NCBI RefSeq assembly: GCF_032191835.1
Contig: NC_083229.1
Coordinates: 102,734,001 to 102,798,000, forward strand
DNA: 64,000 bases
Source: Heteronotia binoei
Taxonomy: Eukaryota
Reading direction: 5' to 3'
Shown: positions 60,251 through 64,000 of the stretch, one piece after another
Position numbering within the stretch: the stretch's first letter is position 1
Layout: each line of letters begins with the position of its first letter
Made by a program: the position numbers and the translations under genes
Notes under the pieces: generated by a model
Database searches by the model: none
What the model was told of the DNA's origin: nothing
What the model saw: the letters and a program-made list of their open reading frames with translations, nothing else

Positions 60251-62214
60251 ATTTATATTCCGCCCTTCCCCATATGGGCTCATTTTTATGTTTTGCCCAG
60301 GGTGACAGGAGTAGAGTATCGAATGGAGCAATTTTAGAATCAGCTCGTGTTGGGTTTGTATTGTATACAGGAACCAAGTTTATGGCTCCTTCAGCTCTCA
60401 AGTTTATTATGGTGCTTTAGGCAAGTCAGGAATTCACCTTGCAAATAAATGCAAAAGAGAGAGAGAGAGTGGCTTTCCTCACCAGGCATGGCTTTGTGAG
60501 CCACTTGGAATGTCCCACTTAATTTGCTCAAGCGATTTCTGCCTCATCTTGAGGTAACTTGTGCAGAGCGATCCAATGTATTAACTCAGAAATAGATCGT
60601 ATTGAACTGGATGGAGCAAGTGTGCACAAGGCTTACACATGTCTTTTCCGCAGGGGACCGAATATTGATAAGACTGACTGCCTAATTTAGGGCCTTCTGA
60701 CTTTTATTCCATGGCTGATTAGAATACATGACTGAACGTTTATGTTTTGCCCGTGTGACAGGAGTAGAGTATCTCAGCAGATAATAATTGGACCCAGCAG
60801 ATAATAATTTTAAAAGCATAATTATCAGTTTGTGTTGTTAACTTTCGATGTTTCTGCTATTAGATTCAAATTTGACAAATACATGGGGGGGGGGTGGGTG
60901 TGTGTAAACAGGGCACTCTAGATTCCACTAAAGTTTCTGGAAAGATCATCTTGCAGGAACTGGTTTCTGAGCCCCGGAGTGCTTTGTGACATGTGGGAGG
61001 ATTCTAGGGAGCACTCTTGGTTAGGATGGTGGAGACAGCTTAGACTGAATTCTGTGAAACAAGGACTGTAGCGTTTATCAGTGGAAAATCATACCTTGGT
61101 AAGTCAGCAGTTGAGTAGGTGAGAAGGACAAATTCATTGAGTGAAGAAAAGCCATACATATTTATTGATATCTTTGATTTATAGTCTGCTCTCCCCTGCA
61201 CAGCAGGGCTTATATGCGTCTTCATTCTAAAGAATACTGAATGCTGCATTCCCTTAGCACTGTGCATTGTTGCCACCCCCCATCCCCACTCGTGGTCTTT
61301 CAATCATGCATAGTTGGACCTCCTTCCTCAAGCAGTGATAGAAGATGGGGAGGAGGCACAAATGGAACTTTGTTGTATCATTTCTGGATAGCAACCGAAG
61401 AGTTTTGCCCAGGTGTTCTCTCAGGCTCTCTCCTGCAACCCTGGAAGAGGCTACAAGTGAAGAGGCATGGTACAGGGAAATACCAAGGTATGGGACAGGA
61501 GGTAATTTGGTGAGGGCATGACATCACAAAATTAAAAAATACAATAATAAAATAGCTCACTCAGTCTAGAAGACTCGAGGGAGACTTTCTCCAGCAGCCG
61601 CCTCTGGCATGAGGCAGCAGAAGCACCAAGGCAGCTCCCACCCACCCCCTGTGGCCAGGGCATGTGCTCTTCTCCATCAACTTCAACAGGGTCTAATGCC
61701 ACTACAGGTGAGGGGATATCCCAGATAGATATCAGGAACTGTTGACTAACATAATTTGTAGTTTGTTTCAAGGAATGCAAAGAGTTAAAACTGGGACAAG
61801 GAAATTTCACCACCTATCTCACTTGGAGGCTGAAGGCAAGGACCAGCAATTTATTGTGTTTCCATCTGCTTGCTGAGTCGCCCTTTTCAACTCTATCAGG
61901 TCACAGCTGCTCTTTGGTCCCAGATTGTCCAACCAAGTTTTGAAAGGCCAGATGGAAGGCAGCCCTCGGGAGTCTCTGCAGGAGTTGGTGTTTGACAGCT
62001 GCTTGGAAACTGGGAGGGGAGAGCAATTCTCTCCTCTTAGCTCCCGCCTGCATCATCACCTAGTGACCCAGGCCCCCAGCTTATGGCTACTCAAGTCCTT
62101 GAGTGTGTGGGGGTCACAGAGAGACTTGCTTCGAACGAACGACATAGATGGCTTGGGAGGCTTAGCTGAACTAAAGGGACCTCAAGGTACAGCAGCGCCA
62201 CCACTTGGCAGCTG

Positions 62215-63055
62215 ATGGATAGAAACAGTGGCGGCACAGTATTGAATATAAACCCAAAACAACTGCGCCAAAAATACCAAACACTTGATTCAAAATTAGA
62301 AAATTATCATATTATATGAAAGTGCATAAACATCCAGAAATTCTTACAAACATTACAAGAATAAAAATAGACAGTCCTATGTTGAGTCCCATACAGAACA
62401 TGTCAATTTCACTGGGTGACTCTGAAGAATCAGCCAAACGTGGTGTCAAGCCGGTGATCTCATGAAGGTGAACTTTCCTTTGAAGCCGATATCTGTGGAT
62501 GGACTCAGCTTTGTATATAATTTCGAAGTGAATATACCCGTGAAGATTTGTGAATTTCTTCGGAGTCGCCCAGTGAAATTGACATATTCTGTATGGGACC
62601 CTCAACATAGGACTGTCTGTTTTTATTCTTGTAATGCAGGGGTATCGAACTCATTTGTTTTGGGGGCCAGATCTGACATAAATGAGACCTTGTTGGGCCG
62701 GGCCATGTGTGTCATAAAATGTAATGCCAGGTAGTGGAGACATAAACTTTATAAAGTTTTTTTTTAATGAAAGGGTTTTTTAAAAAAAAAATGCTTCAGA
62801 TAAAGCATGCTTAAAAGATTATCACTCTTGCAATATTTTATTTAACAGTCTCTGATAACTGAAGGAAGCAAGAGAGAGGGAGAAGGAAGCAGATTTGCTC
62901 GTGGGCCTGATTTGGACCCCGAGCCACATGTTTGACACCCCTGTGTAATGTTTGTAAGAATTTCTGGATGTTTATGCACTTTCATATAATGTGATAATTT
63001 TCTAATTTTGAATCAAGTGTTTTGGTATTTTTGGCGCAGTTGTTTTGGGTTTATA
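62215..63055. mobile_element. Unclassified fold-back insertion with ~185-bp inverted arms and 14-bp TSD
   Basis: Arms 62247-62429 and 62556-63055 (interrupted by a MITE); CCACTTGGCAGCTG at 62201-62214 and 63056-63069. Confidence 0.85.
62637..62943. mobile_element. hAT (Charlie-like) MITE inserted into the fold-back arm
   Basis: TIR CAGGGGTATCGAAC / GTTTGACACCCCTG; TGTAATG duplicated. Confidence 0.87.
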
Positions 63056-63227
63056 CCACTTGGCAGCTGGCAGGGCAGGGCGCCAGCTGGCACGCCGCAA
63101 TTAAAACGGATTTAAAATTTTAAAGGGCTTTAAAAATTGGTGTAAAAATATAATTTTCAGTAAAGAGAAGTTGTGGGATGTGGAAGGAAAGTCGGGGGCA
63201 TGGCCCCACCATGGCTACAGGCTTGTT

Positions 63228-63360
63228 GCAACAACCATATGAGGTAATTTAGGCTGGGAATGTGTGACTGGTCCAAGGTCATTGAGAAAGCTTCCATGGC
63301 AGAGCAGGGATCAGTTCTGGGACATCTATATCTTAGCCTGACTCTTCAACTGCTACACCA
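63228..63360 (-). mobile_element. Degenerate MIR-like/L2-tailed SINE
   Basis: Similar to 6511-6654. Confidence 0.55.
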
Positions 63361-64000
63361 CAGTTAAGTTACTGAGTTCATGCTCATTCATGTCAAATCC
63401 TATATACTGAAAGCATGTTTTATTTTAGGGTTGTTGTTTTTTTAATTTTTAATTGTGTTTATGTCTTTTCTCAAGTTTATATCTCTGCTACCTGGCATTA
63501 CATTTTATGACACTCATGGCCCAGCCCGACAAGGTCTCATTTATGTCAGATCTGGCCCCCAAAACAAATGAGTTGGACACCCCTGACTTAACTTATTTAT
63601 CAATGAAAATTCTCAATGTAAACAAGAAACACTTGTCAATTTTCTTTTAGTTTCAGCGGAGATACTTTATTGCCCAATGTTGGGATAATGTTAAGGGATT
63701 TCCTTGGATAGGTGACGAGTTAAATTAAAGAATATAGTGTCACTTGAAAAATTAACAAATGAAAGCGGAGACAAAAGAAAGATGATTTAAAGATAATTTA
63801 GAATAATTTCCAGAATATAGCTGAATTGAAAATTGCTTCTAATTGGATGGAGAGAGGCCCTTAAATGAAAATTTGACTTAGGCATTGAATAGTTATATCA
63901 GAGGATACTATTTTTCCAGAAATGGGATAAGTTTAAAATTATGTAAAAATATAGCCAACTAAATGGAAGCACTTCCCCCTCACTCCCTTCTCCCCCCCCC

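Noticed and set aside
58930-64000. ADNP2 coding sequence
   Set aside because: No exon encoding the expected N-terminus was found; only the CpG island is reported

Overview
Vertebrate genomic DNA, from a squamate reptile and probably a gecko (inferred from the repeat content: CR1 with a microsatellite-bearing 3' UTR, Sauria/5S-type SINEs, BovB and Penelope relics). The gene order matches the TXNL4A-RBFA(-ADNP2) block of human 18q23. Left to right: (1) the 5' part of TXNL4A/Dim1 on the minus strand, with two coding exons and a probable non-coding first exon; its last exon lies left of the window and a near-intact CR1 LINE sits in that intron. (2) Two intact, tandem, five-coding-exon D-2-hydroxyacid dehydrogenase genes (glyoxylate/hydroxypyruvate reductase- or GhrB/2-ketogluconate reductase-like; 328 and 327 aa) on the plus strand. 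(3) A complete seven-exon RBFA (366 aa). (4) A CpG island probably marking the next gene (ADNP2, by synteny only). The most interesting signal is the dehydrogenase pair. Both keep the Arg/Glu/His catalytic triad and an NADPH-type motif. Copy A, however, has replaced the substrate-pocket Trp and moved the pocket Arg (HLGSRTHKTT vs HIGSATVKSR), which suggests a different substrate. The rest of the window is dense in transposons: two CR1s, L2 fragments (one may supply gene A's polyA signal), 5S-derived and tRNA-derived SINEs, many hAT MITEs with 8-bp TSDs (some nested), a 61-bp BovB insertion, Penelope-like relics with decayed hammerhead cores, and an unexplained ~185-bp-arm fold-back insertion with a 14-bp TSD. 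There are no prokaryotic features, CRISPR arrays or true tRNA/rRNA genes. Exon boundaries were read by hand from GT/AG sites and frame continuity. Repeat boundaries are approximate, and family assignments are from motif recognition, not database searches.
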